In this document: positions 33,909 to 42,733 of the stretch, one piece after another
How the letters are laid out: each line of letters starts with the position of its first letter
How positions within the stretch are numbered: the stretch's first letter is position 1
IMG/VR virus record: IMGVR_UViG_3300012944_000006
From: a virus
DNA: 64,000 nucleotides
Reading direction: 5' to 3' (one strand)
The notes under the pieces: generated by a model
The model's input: only the letters and a program-made list of their open reading frames with translations
Database searches by the model: none
Told to the model about the DNA's origin: nothing
Program-made: the position numbers and the translations under genes

Positions 33909-34316
33909 ATGGCTTGGGAAGATGTTGATTTATCTGAAGTACGTCCGGACAATGAAGTACTGCCGGAAGAGCAGGAGTTTGTCTTCGAGTTGCTTAAGGG
34001 AGCGAAGCTTTCAAAGTTCTATCCGGATAAGATCGAAGTAGCAGCTCGGGTTGCAGAAGGTGAGTTCAAGGGTAAGATTAGCTACTTTAGCTATCCTTCA
34101 CCCGAAGAGCAACCTTGGGTGCTTGGTGTGTTTAAGCGTATGGAGATTGCTTTGGGAACGCCACAGGAAAAGGGTGAGCATCCCGTTGATTATCTCAATC
34201 GTGTAGCGGGTTCTTTCTTCATCTCAAAGATCAAGCATCGTGTTGTACAGGCTGGTGGTGACGATGTTACGAAGGCTGAAGTGAAGATCGGTAACGTGAA
34301 GAAGTATAAGGGGTAA
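33909..34316 (+). CDS. possible ssDNA-binding protein (DUF669-like)
   Basis: 135 aa, position after the RecA-like ATPase block; N-terminal pattern LPEEQEFVFELL...EGEFKGK resembles that family; weak. Confidence 0.4.
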   Translation: MAWEDVDLSEVRPDNEVLPEEQEFVFELLKGAKLSKFYPDKIEVAARVAEGEFKGKISYFSYPSPEEQPWVLGVFKRMEIALGTPQEKGEHPVDYLNRVAGSFFISKIKHRVVQAGGDDVTKAEVKIGNVKKYKG

Positions 34317-34390
34317 GCAATTGCCAAAAGCATTAGAGAACAAGTTGAAAAAAGAAGCCTCAGATAAGGGGCTCAAAGGTAAGAAGGCGG

Positions 34391-34609
34391 ATGCCTATGT
34401 CTATGGAACGCTCCGTAAGACGGGTTGGACGCCCAAGAAAGAAGAGAAGTAACCTCTGTGCGTGTGTCTGTCATACTCTTGATGGGCACACGCAAGAGAC
34501 CTTCTGTGGTGCATGTTGGGCTTTTCATGGTACGGCGTTCCGTGAAAGGATCGAGAACCTGCAACGCCTAGTTAAACAAGGAAAGAAAAATGGACGAACC
34601 TCGATATAG
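34391..34609 (+). CDS. small basic Cys/His protein
   Basis: GRPRKKR then CACVCH...CGAC; competes with a 43-codon TTG ORF at 34321-34452. Confidence 0.4.
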   Translation: MPMSMERSVRRVGRPRKKRSNLCACVCHTLDGHTQETFCGACWAFHGTAFRERIENLQRLVKQGKKNGRTSI

Positions 34610-34823
34610 TGGTCCTAATCGAAGTGGCATCTGTGTCTGTGGTCATTCTTGGAAGCAACATCATCTGGGAGTGGTTATGAATTCAGACTATATCAATGCT
34701 ACCAAAGAAGGTTACATTGCACAAGAATGTGAGCACTTTGGTTTCAATGAGATGAGCGGACTAGATGCCGATGGTGAATATCACTGTGGAAGCTATCGTG
34801 ACACGTTAGACCACCAGGCTTAA
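34590..34823 (+). CDS. small Cys/His protein
   Basis: CVCGHSWKQHH ... CEH...HCGS. Confidence 0.5.
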   Translation: MDEPRYSGPNRSGICVCGHSWKQHHLGVVMNSDYINATKEGYIAQECEHFGFNEMSGLDADGEYHCGSYRDTLDHQA

Positions 34824-34833
34824 TATCCCCTCC
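34812..34833 (+). promoter_or_regulatory. dispersed motif copy upstream of the DNA polymerase
   Basis: caccaggcttaatatcccctcc, 17 nt before TTG 34851. Confidence 0.5.
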
Positions 34834-34850
34834 AGAGGTCTCTGGAAATA

Positions 34851-37271
34851 TTGCCTAAGAAAGTCTGCGAGATTGACGCATGTAGCGGATGCCCTTTTCG
34901 TGCTAAGTTTCCTGATAATACCTTCGTTGCCCCTAGGGTTGGTTCGAACTTACGACTGGCTATTGGGGAAGCTCCGGGGAAACAGGAAGCAGAAGAAGGT
35001 AAGCCATTTGTCGGCGGGGCTGGTAAGTGGCTTCAAGTCATCTACGGTAAAGCAGGGCTTAAGGAAACAGACAATTCGGTAGTCAATGTTATCAATTGTA
35101 GACCCCCGAACAATGTATTCCCTACGGATTCACAAGCCCGTGATTACATCACCGATGCGGAAGCGCATCAAACTGTTGAGCATTGCCTTAAGGCTCACAC
35201 CCTCCCGTTCTTAAAATCCCGACCTTGGAAACGTATCGATGTATTCGGGGATAAGCCTTTAAAGTTTGTTCTCGAAAAGGGTGGTGGGATTACTAATTGG
35301 CGCGGAAGCGTCTTACCTGTTCCAGCTCTAGACAACGCTAGAATTGCAGTGCCCACGTTCCATCCCGCCTACTTAGCACGGGACCAAGTTATGCTGCCAG
35401 TCGCTATAAACGACTTGCGGAAAACTCTGGAGATAGAACCTGAGTACTACTCAATCTTCCCGTCCTTGGAGCAGGTAAAGCGATTTACCGCAACTAAATT
35501 TGCCTTTGATATTGAGACTGACCGCTGGACGCAAGAAATTAAAATGGTTGGTCTTTCGGATGAATCTTTTCATGCAATTGTAGTTCCGTTTCTGGGGCCG
35601 TATATAGATGAGTTGATACGAATCTTTGCCAATGCAACGGAAGTTATCGGCCAGAATTGTATACAATTCGATCTACCGATTCTAGCGGACAACGGTATCT
35701 TCATTAGAGGACCTAAGGAATGTCAAGTATGGGACATCATGTTGATGCACCATTTGAGGTTCCCGTCTTTCCCGCATGACCTTGAATTCATTGGTAAGCA
35801 GTTTACAAACAAAGGGGCATGGAAGGCAGACAAGGTAAGCTATGAAACCTACTGCGCTCGTGACGTTGATGTAACCTTCCGATGCTTTGAACCATTAGAG
35901 TATCTACTGAAACAAGCAGATGTTCTAAGGGTCTACAAATACATATCATGGCCGTTGGCTTTGATCTGTAAGTACATGAAGGATCGGGGAGTTTATCTTT
36001 CAGGTTCTGCTGTATTAAAGTTAAGAGAAGATTATGCGAAACAGATTGCAGATACTGAACTCGTTCTTCCAGAAGGCCTTAGGTCCTACTACGTCACTAA
36101 GCGAAAGAGGGTTAAAGCGCCTGATGGAACTGTCAATGACAAAGGAAAGCCACTCAAGTATGTCTTCGAAGATTATCAAGAAAAAGAAGTCCCTTGGAAG
36201 TCTCCGAAGATCAAGCAAGAGTTCCTTTATGAAACCTTAGGTCTTCCTGTTCAATATCACATTAAGAGCAAGAAGATCACAGTTGATAAGGGAGCTCTTG
36301 ACAAGCTCTATGTTAGACATAAGAATCCAGAATTAAAGGCTCTTAAGGATCTCAACAAATGGGCTACGTTACTTGCCAGCTTTGCTAAGGAGGATCTAAC
36401 TAAACAAGATGTCCTTCACCCATCGTTTAACGTGCATGGAACTGAGACTGGACGACTCTCCTCTAGTGGACCTAACATTCAGAATCAACCCGAATCGGTA
36501 CGATTCATGTTTGTATCTCGGCATAAGGATGGTAAAATTGTCTCAGTTGACTATTCCGGCATCGAGAACCGTATTACTGCGTATTTGGCGAATGATAAAA
36601 GACGAGCCCAATGGCTCAGCGATCCGTCCTTCAGTGAACATAAATATCTAGCTTCTAAGATGGAAGGTATTCCATACGAAGAAGTTCAGAAATCCAAAGA
36701 CAAAGACTCTGCATATGCTCAGGCCAAGATTGTAGTTCATGGTTCTGATCGTATGATGGGAGCAGAAAAGATTGCCAGACAGTTTGATTTAGATATTAAG
36801 GAAGTCAAAAAGTTTCAGTACACTTGGAAGTCTGAGATTGCTGATACTATCCGCTGGCAACAAAGAGTCTCTGGAGATATATCCAGAGTTGGGTGGGAAG
36901 CCAATCCCTTCGGACGTAAGTGGTGGGGTTGGGGTTCTGGTATTGCAACTAAAGCAGTTAGCTTCTTTGCACAGTCGGCTGCCTTTGATGTGATAGCTAG
37001 AGCGATGATTGGTTTGATGTATGAGACGATAGGCTGGCCACTGGAATGGGCCAAGCTTGTTACACCGATCTGTCAGCCGCTCCCTAAAGGAGCAACGTTG
37101 TTTATCCAAGTTCACGATGAACTGGTAGTAGATTGTATACCAGAAGTTGTGGATGAAACAATCGCAACACTTAGAAAAGTAATGACCCAACCTTGGTCGG
37201 AACTTGGTAATATGTCTTTGCCAATAGGAGTCGGGGTGGGTAACTCTTGGGGAGAATTGTTAGATGAGTGA
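34851..37271 (+). CDS. family-4 UDG-like domain fused to family-A DNA polymerase with 3'-5' exonuclease
   Basis: N-terminus: GEAPGKQEAEEGKPFVGGAGKWL and FHPAYL (UDG family 4 motifs). Exo FAFDIETD, QFDLPIL, YCARDVD. Pol VDYSGIENR (motif A) and QVHDELVV (motif C). Confidence 0.85.
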   Translation: MPKKVCEIDACSGCPFRAKFPDNTFVAPRVGSNLRLAIGEAPGKQEAEEGKPFVGGAGKWLQVIYGKAGLKETDNSVVNVINCRPPNNVFPTDSQARDYITDAEAHQTVEHCLKAHTLPFLKSRPWKRIDVFGDKPLKFVLEKGGGITNWRGSVLPVPALDNARIAVPTFHPAYLARDQVMLPVAINDLRKTLEIEPEYYSIFPSLEQVKRFTATKFAFDIETDRWTQEIKMVGLSDESFHAIVVPFLGPYIDELIRIFANATEVIGQNCIQFDLPILADNGIFIRGPKECQVWDIMLMHHLRFPSFPHDLEFIGKQFTNKGAWKADKVSYETYCARDVDVTFRCFEPLEYLLKQADVLRVYKYISWPLALICKYMKDRGVYLSGSAVLKLREDYAKQIADTELVLPEGLRSYYVTKRKRVKAPDGTVNDKGKPLKYVFEDYQEKEVPWKSPKIKQEFLYETLGLPVQYHIKSKKITVDKGALDKLYVRHKNPELKALKDLNKWATLLASFAKEDLTKQDVLHPSFNVHGTETGRLSSSGPNIQNQPESVRFMFVSRHKDGKIVSVDYSGIENRITAYLANDKRRAQWLSDPSFSEHKYLASKMEGIPYEEVQKSKDKDSAYAQAKIVVHGSDRMMGAEKIARQFDLDIKEVKKFQYTWKSEIADTIRWQQRVSGDISRVGWEANPFGRKWWGWGSGIATKAVSFFAQSAAFDVIARAMIGLMYETIGWPLEWAKLVTPICQPLPKGATLFIQVHDELVVDCIPEVVDETIATLRKVMTQPWSELGNMSLPIGVGVGNSWGELLDE

Positions 37272-37548
37272 TTGGAAACCTGAAGCTGGTGAAGTAGCGA
37301 TTATCAAGTCTACGAAGGAACCAGTATTTGTTCTTAATGTTGAGAATGAAAAAGCTGCTATTCGTCGTCCGGTTCAAGGGCAGAATGGTATCACACACAA
37401 GCAAGAAGTCTTTTGGGTAACTGAACTTCAGACAATCAAACAGCGTGTAATTGAAGAACTAGAAGAGCAGACGTTCATGCTTGATCAGCGTCGTAAGTAT
37501 GATCGTGCTTCGAATGAAAAAGCCAAAGTTGGGGAAGCAGTCAACTAA
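37264..37548 (+). CDS. hypothetical protein
   Basis: 94-aa ORF overlapping the polymerase stop. Confidence 0.55.
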   Translation: MSDWKPEAGEVAIIKSTKEPVFVLNVENEKAAIRRPVQGQNGITHKQEVFWVTELQTIKQRVIEELEEQTFMLDQRRKYDRASNEKAKVGEAVN

Positions 37549-37568
37549 GAGGGGACTTAAGCCTGGTG
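37547..37568 (-). promoter_or_regulatory. dispersed motif copy, reverse, contains GTG start 37566
   Basis: aagaggggacttaagcctggtg. Confidence 0.45.
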
Positions 37569-38711
37569 GAATTGAAAGTTCCTGATTGTCTACCTAAAGA
37601 CAGTTGGTTTCGTAAGTGGGTCGATCTATGGCCCACTGCGGAGCCATCTCAGAGTTATATTCTTTTCTCCGGTATGGTGATGTTGGGCGCCTGCTTGGGA
37701 CGTAAGGTATGGATTGATCACGATATCCATATGGTGCGTCCCATGCTTAACTTTCTAATGATCGGCCCATCAGGAACTGGTAAGAGCACTGCTGTTAAGA
37801 TTGCTAAGAAGCTACTGGGTACACTTCCAGAGAACGATAGGCCACAGTTCTTTGAGGGTGGTGCTACTAAAGAGAAGCTTCATAAAGATCTGGTGCATCA
37901 ACCTAAGGCAATTCTGTTCGCTTCTGAGCTAGCTGCCTTCTTTTCCCGCGAGAAATACAAAGAGAGTTTAATCCCATATGTTACACAACTCCTTGATTAT
38001 GAAGACGTTATCGAGATTCGCACGGTCAAAGATAACGTTGTACGTGTTGATGATCCTTCAGTTTCCATTATTGGTGGCTCTACTGTTGAATGGTTGCAAG
38101 AGCAGCTTCCCGATTCTGCTGTCACTGGCGGCTTTCTCGCTAGGTTTCTTATCATGCACGAACAGAAGAAAGGACAGAAGGTAGCAAACCCCCACAGGGT
38201 TCTAACATCCCGGCAGAAGGTTCGTCTGGATGCTTTACGTGCGGAGACGTTTGCTGAATTCCCAAAGATTGTAACGACATATGCCGGAGCTATGGACTAT
38301 GACGATTATGATGCCGCTGAGACTTATGCCAATTGGTACAATCGCCATGAGCCTGCTGTAGGTTACTTGGCTCCGTTCTCGGCTAGAGCCGGAGAGATGA
38401 TTCTACGACTGTCAATGATCTTAGCTATCAGTGGGCAGAGAAGTGCAATAACAAAAGAGGATATTGATTGTGCCATTTACCTATATGAGTACATTATTGA
38501 ACGTCTTGCTGATGTCATTGCTCCTAATACAGCTTCAGGAAAAGCTGCGCATCTTATCGTTAACACGGTTGGTACTAACAGTCTTAGTGGTACAGAGCTT
38601 GCTTCTGCTCTTAAATCTCAAACTCAACTAACAGAACTAGAGAAGGTCATGGAGAACTTGCTGTACTCCGGAGATCTTGAAGGTTCGGAAGGATTGATAT
38701 TAAAACATTGA
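37566..38711 (+). CDS. P-loop NTPase, putative replicative helicase/primase-associated protein (DUF3987-like)
   Basis: Walker A GPSGTGKST; GGFLARFLI segment; GTG start lies inside a reverse motif copy. Confidence 0.5.
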   Translation: MELKVPDCLPKDSWFRKWVDLWPTAEPSQSYILFSGMVMLGACLGRKVWIDHDIHMVRPMLNFLMIGPSGTGKSTAVKIAKKLLGTLPENDRPQFFEGGATKEKLHKDLVHQPKAILFASELAAFFSREKYKESLIPYVTQLLDYEDVIEIRTVKDNVVRVDDPSVSIIGGSTVEWLQEQLPDSAVTGGFLARFLIMHEQKKGQKVANPHRVLTSRQKVRLDALRAETFAEFPKIVTTYAGAMDYDDYDAAETYANWYNRHEPAVGYLAPFSARAGEMILRLSMILAISGQRSAITKEDIDCAIYLYEYIIERLADVIAPNTASGKAAHLIVNTVGTNSLSGTELASALKSQTQLTELEKVMENLLYSGDLEGSEGLILKH

Positions 38712-38941
38712 AAGTTAAAATACATTTCAATCGTATTAACAGGCAACGCAAAGATCCTAGAGTTTGGTCTGCTCATACTTCTAAGTCCTGCAACATGTCC
38801 GAAGGAATCGAGATTTATCACAAAGGCAAGTTGGTAGCTCGAACAGTGTTCAAACCAGATAAGAAAGACAATCCCCGAGCTTGGTTTGAAACTCAGGGAA
38901 CTATAACACAAGTCGAAGGTGTGACCCAGATTCACATCTAA
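38708..38941 (+). CDS. hypothetical protein
   Basis: 77-aa ORF (TTG), overlaps the upstream stop. Confidence 0.45.
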   Translation: MKVKIHFNRINRQRKDPRVWSAHTSKSCNMSEGIEIYHKGKLVARTVFKPDKKDNPRAWFETQGTITQVEGVTQIHI

Positions 38942-38964
38942 CACCAGGCATTAACCCCCTCTAT
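38942..38964 (+). promoter_or_regulatory. dispersed motif copy
   Basis: caccaggcattaaccccctctat, 32 nt before ATG 38997. Confidence 0.5.
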
Positions 38965-38996
38965 CCCGCTTTCCGAGAAGCATTCCAAGGAAAAAT

Positions 38997-39770
38997 ATGA
39001 GTGATCTTTATGTGGTGGCGCACGATCTCCACTATCCCAAGTGGCATCGACCTACCTTTAATGCAATGCTAGACTTCATCCGAAAGAATCGTTCGAAGAT
39101 TAAAGGATTCGTATTTGCTGGAGATGCTTTCGATAATGAAGTAATTAGTCACCACACGAAGGGCAAACCGTTGTACCGGGTTCGTGGTGGATATATGAAA
39201 GATCGTACCGGGTTTGAGACTGATGTACTCACACCCGTGGAAGAGGCCCTAGCTAAAGATGTTAAAAAAGTTTTTATCAAAGGTAATCATGAGCGTTTTG
39301 AAGATGACTTCATCGAAGAACATCCCGAACTCGAAGGCACCGTTAACCATATTGACGGGCTACATCTACGAGAGCGCGGATGGCAAATCGTGGAGCTTGG
39401 TCATTCCTTCAGAATTGGTAAACTCTGTGTCATACACGGCGAAGTACTGTCGGGTATCGGGAATCAAGCCGGAGTTTTCCCGGCTAAAAAAGCAATTGAA
39501 ATCTATGGAGATAACGTTTTAGCGGGACATACACATGCCCCTCAAAGCTTTACGAAAATCTCACCAGTCGATCATAGACGGAAATTTATGGCCTGGATTG
39601 CACCTATTCTTGGTAGTGTCAATCCTAATTATCTTAGGAATCGTCCTACTGCTTGGCTCAATGGTTTTACAGTTGTTGAACTTCGCAAGGGCGGCTTGTT
39701 TAATCTTTACCCGATCATAGTAATCGAAGGAGAGTTTTCATTTGGAGGAGTCGAATACAAAGGAAAGTAA
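38997..39770 (+). CDS. calcineurin-like metallophosphoesterase
   Basis: VAHDLHYP (DxH), AGDAFDNE (GDxxD), KGNHE (GNHE), AGHTHAP (GHxH). Confidence 0.85.
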   Translation: MSDLYVVAHDLHYPKWHRPTFNAMLDFIRKNRSKIKGFVFAGDAFDNEVISHHTKGKPLYRVRGGYMKDRTGFETDVLTPVEEALAKDVKKVFIKGNHERFEDDFIEEHPELEGTVNHIDGLHLRERGWQIVELGHSFRIGKLCVIHGEVLSGIGNQAGVFPAKKAIEIYGDNVLAGHTHAPQSFTKISPVDHRRKFMAWIAPILGSVNPNYLRNRPTAWLNGFTVVELRKGGLFNLYPIIVIEGEFSFGGVEYKGK

Positions 39771-39868
39771 GGTCTACTTTTCACCGGAGTTCCTTGAAAT
39801 ATTAAAACGAAATACGTATATGAGCCCAGAAACTTGGGCTCTTATACATTTCTGGGGAGGGAGTTGGG

Positions 39869-40027
39869 ATGAGGGAGAAGATGACAGGACCTCTTGATAA
39901 AGTATGCCCTTTTTGCAATGCGGCAATTGGGGCAAAGTGCCTAGAGAAAGTTAAGGATGGATCGAGATGGATTGAATACTTCCATCCGGAGAGGGTAGTA
40001 GCAGATGTCAGGTCCACTGAAAGATAA
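39869..40027 (+). CDS. 52-aa zinc-ribbon peptide (not in ORF track)
   Basis: ggggaggga RBS; CPFC...KC; preferred over the antisense ORF 39802-40017. Confidence 0.4.
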   Translation: MREKMTGPLDKVCPFCNAAIGAKCLEKVKDGSRWIEYFHPERVVADVRSTER

Positions 40028-40637
40028 CCGACTCAAGATCGGTGTTGATGTTGATGATGTACTTGCTGATTTTATCGGAACCTTCCGATTGATTTGTCAA
40101 GAGGTTACGGGAAGAGAACTTCCTGAACGTCCTAATACTTGGATGTGGGATAACTGGAATCTTAAGCCTGAGGAATTAGAGGCTGGATGGAAGAAGGTTC
40201 AACAGACTTATAACTTCCATACAACACTAAAGTCTTGTGCTGATCTAGAAGGCTTTGATTTCTATGAGTTCAGTCAGAAGCATAGGTTGTTTTATATCAC
40301 TACTAGATATCCAAACCACGGAGATCCTGTGGAAATTCAAACGGCTCAATGGCTTCATTGGTATTTCAACCAAGAGTTTCCCACAGTCATTGTGACGCCT
40401 AACAAGGGAGCAGTTGCCAAAGCCCTGAACCTAGATGTCTTCATTGATGATCGGGCTAAGAATCTATTGGATGTCTACAACGATACGATCCTTGCTGGTC
40501 AACCTATTCGTTTGTTTCTTAGAGACCGTGAACACAATCGTAATGTAGATAGCGAACTTCCACCAGCTTATGCCTATACCCGTGTAGAATCATTTAAGGA
40601 GTTTGCAGATAGTGTCGAAACAAGTGTCGCTGTTTGA
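40005..40637 (+). CDS. HAD-family 5'(3')-deoxyribonucleotidase-like protein
   Basis: KIGVDVDDVLADF (DxDxV HAD motif I in the NT5C-like context); distal FIDDRAKN. Confidence 0.65.
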   Translation: MSGPLKDNRLKIGVDVDDVLADFIGTFRLICQEVTGRELPERPNTWMWDNWNLKPEELEAGWKKVQQTYNFHTTLKSCADLEGFDFYEFSQKHRLFYITTRYPNHGDPVEIQTAQWLHWYFNQEFPTVIVTPNKGAVAKALNLDVFIDDRAKNLLDVYNDTILAGQPIRLFLRDREHNRNVDSELPPAYAYTRVESFKEFADSVETSVAV

Positions 40638-41106
40638 ACCGGAGGTACGTTACCACGAGGGAATTAAGCCCGGTGAAAAAATTCCTGTAACTGACGAAGA
40701 AATGATTAAAATTATAAACGGCACCTTGATCTTTGAGCCTGTTGAATCAAAACCCAAAGATGAAGGTCGTAAATTAGATGATGGTAAGATCCCTTTAGAG
40801 CTACTTCCTTTCCCGGCATTACGGGAGGTAGCAAAGGTTCTTTCCTTCGGAAGGAAGAAGTATGACTCTTGGAACTGGTCAAAAGGCATGGCTTGGAGCC
40901 GCCTTATTGGTGCTTGTAAACGGCATCTTGGGTATTTTGAGTGCGGAGTTGATATCGATAATGAAAGTAAGTTACTTCATATTGCTCATTTGGTTTGTTG
41001 CGGTATGTTTCTGCTCACGTATCAACTCTGCAATCTTGGGGTGGATGACAGGCACAAAGGGTTCAAAGAGTTCGTCGAACAAGCAGAAGGAACCTATAAG
41101 CCGTGA
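40603..41106 (+). CDS. dATP/dGTP pyrophosphohydrolase-like protein (start uncertain)
   Basis: DDGKIPLELLPFPALREVAKVLSFGRKKYDSWNWSKG...CKRH...DNESKLLHIAH resembles the phage dNTP diphosphohydrolase N-terminal domain as I recall it. Confidence 0.5.
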   Translation: MQIVSKQVSLFEPEVRYHEGIKPGEKIPVTDEEMIKIINGTLIFEPVESKPKDEGRKLDDGKIPLELLPFPALREVAKVLSFGRKKYDSWNWSKGMAWSRLIGACKRHLGYFECGVDIDNESKLLHIAHLVCCGMFLLTYQLCNLGVDDRHKGFKEFVEQAEGTYKP

Positions 41107-41483
41107 TTAAACCCGAGCCAAAAAGCATCGAGGACAGAGCGCGGGAGCTTGTCCCTAAATTGAGGGAGTTAATAAGACATAACGGTCAACTAGCAAGAAA
41201 TGAAGACCGAGCTGTATTAGAAGATATTCAAATCTATTTAGAGCAACGGGATACGCTACAGGCCAGAGTAAATCGCATTCATCTGTGCGTCGAACACTCG
41301 CTTGAAGACGCGAACAACATGGATTCCTTCTGCATGACCTGTAAGTGGATGGCGCTACAGGCCGAGAACGCAGAACTGCGTAGGATCGCTGGAGAGTATA
41401 AAAGGGATTGCTCCGAATGCGATCGAGAGACTAGCCATCGCTGCTCAACCTGCCGCACCTATGACAAATTGGTAAAGTTATGA
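41103..41483 (+). CDS. hypothetical coiled-coil/Cys protein
   Basis: 126-aa ORF, GTG start. Confidence 0.5.
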   Translation: MIKPEPKSIEDRARELVPKLRELIRHNGQLARNEDRAVLEDIQIYLEQRDTLQARVNRIHLCVEHSLEDANNMDSFCMTCKWMALQAENAELRRIAGEYKRDCSECDRETSHRCSTCRTYDKLVKL

Positions 41484-41818
41484 AACTATTAGTTATGTTT
41501 TTACTATTAGCTTCTTCAGTATGCTTCGCACAGTACGATCAATATCTTCCTGTAAAATGTGGTGAACACAAACATATTGATCTTGACGATGCGTGGAAAG
41601 ATTGCAAGTCTACCGGTCACAGTAATGATGTAGAGTGCACTATTACAGGAAGATGTATTGATGATCTTGTTCCAAGTTCGTATGACATCATCCCACTCTT
41701 TAAAATGCCGAACGAGGAAATCTATTTCGTTATACCTGATGTAGCGCATTGCAGTCCACCAGACTATGTAGAGTTGGGTATGAAGACTGTTCATTGCTGG
41801 ATACCAAAGAAGGAATAG
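41480..41818 (+). CDS. secreted small protein
   Basis: Signal-like MKLLVMFLLLASSVCFAQ; ATGA coupling. Confidence 0.55.
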   Translation: MKLLVMFLLLASSVCFAQYDQYLPVKCGEHKHIDLDDAWKDCKSTGHSNDVECTITGRCIDDLVPSSYDIIPLFKMPNEEIYFVIPDVAHCSPPDYVELGMKTVHCWIPKKE

Positions 41819-41837
41819 AGGGGATTAATGCCTGGTA
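41815..41837 (-). promoter_or_regulatory. dispersed motif copy, reverse, contains the integrase ATG 41828
   Basis: atagaggggattaatgcctggta. Confidence 0.45.
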
Positions 41838-42733
41838 CATTGTATGACCTACAAGCGCGGTATGAAAATTATATCAGGCTAACTGCGTCTAGGGGGACGG
41901 CTGTGAGATATGCCAAAGCCCTAGACCAGTTCTTTCGTAGGTTCAAAGACTATAAAGATCCTGATCAATTCACCCGGATTGACATTGAGGACTACAGACT
42001 TCAGCGATTAAAAGAAGGAACCAGTCCTACGACGGTGAACTATGAGGTTCAAGTAGTCCGGGCCTTCTGGAACTATCTGATGAACATGGATGAGGTTAAA
42101 TGGAATCCAGCATCAAAGGTTCGTAGGCTAAAACAAACAGAGCCAGAGAGGAAGTCTCTGACTCTAGAGGAGCAGGAAAGGCTATATAAATATGTTAACA
42201 ATCGTACTGTGTATGATCGCTTGCTTGTTGGTCTGTCTCTTAGCACCGGACTCAGGGCGGAAACCCTAGCCAATCTTCACACAGATCATATCGACTTTGA
42301 GAACTCTCAGCTTAACATACCGGCTGCAATAATGAAAGCAGGACGTAATCATGTTGTCCCTCTTCGACAGACTGAAGTTGTTCTTCTTCGTGGGTTGGAT
42401 AATGGTCGGGTGTTTGCTGGTTATGCACAAACTGCCAACACCCTTTCAGCAAAGCTTTCTGCTATGTTTCTTAGGTGCGGTCTTAGTTACCGTGGTTTGC
42501 GAACTGCTCGTCGTACTTTTGCGACTACTCTTCTTCGTGCTGGTAATGATCTTCGGTTGGTCCAAGATTTACTCGCACATAAGAACATCTCCACTACTTC
42601 AAAGTATCTTACTCCTGCTGATTCCCGAACTGTACGGGCAGCTATAGAAGGATTACCAAAAGCAAAAGGGGTAGCCGAAGCCACCCCCATGTCACCAGGC
42701 ATTAACCCCCTCGCTCCGAGTACGGAGGATTAA
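41828..42733 (+). CDS. int: tyrosine recombinase / integrase
   Basis: SLSTGLRAETL (Arg), HVVPL, LRTARRTFATTLL..., LLAHKNISTTSKYL (HxxR...Y catalytic layout). Confidence 0.9.
   Translation: MPGTLYDLQARYENYIRLTASRGTAVRYAKALDQFFRRFKDYKDPDQFTRIDIEDYRLQRLKEGTSPTTVNYEVQVVRAFWNYLMNMDEVKWNPASKVRRLKQTEPERKSLTLEEQERLYKYVNNRTVYDRLLVGLSLSTGLRAETLANLHTDHIDFENSQLNIPAAIMKAGRNHVVPLRQTEVVLLRGLDNGRVFAGYAQTANTLSAKLSAMFLRCGLSYRGLRTARRTFATTLLRAGNDLRLVQDLLAHKNISTTSKYLTPADSRTVRAAIEGLPKAKGVAEATPMSPGINPLAPSTED
42693..42712 (+). promoter_or_regulatory. dispersed motif copy in the last integrase codons
   Basis: caccaggcattaaccccctc; inverted repeat of 41815-41837 (18 of 19 core positions). Confidence 0.45.

Noticed and set aside
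39802-40017. Minus-strand 71-aa ORF in the plus-strand block
   Set aside because: It is on the opposite strand to all neighbours. A + strand 52-codon zinc-ribbon ORF (39869-40027) with a strong RBS occupies the same DNA.
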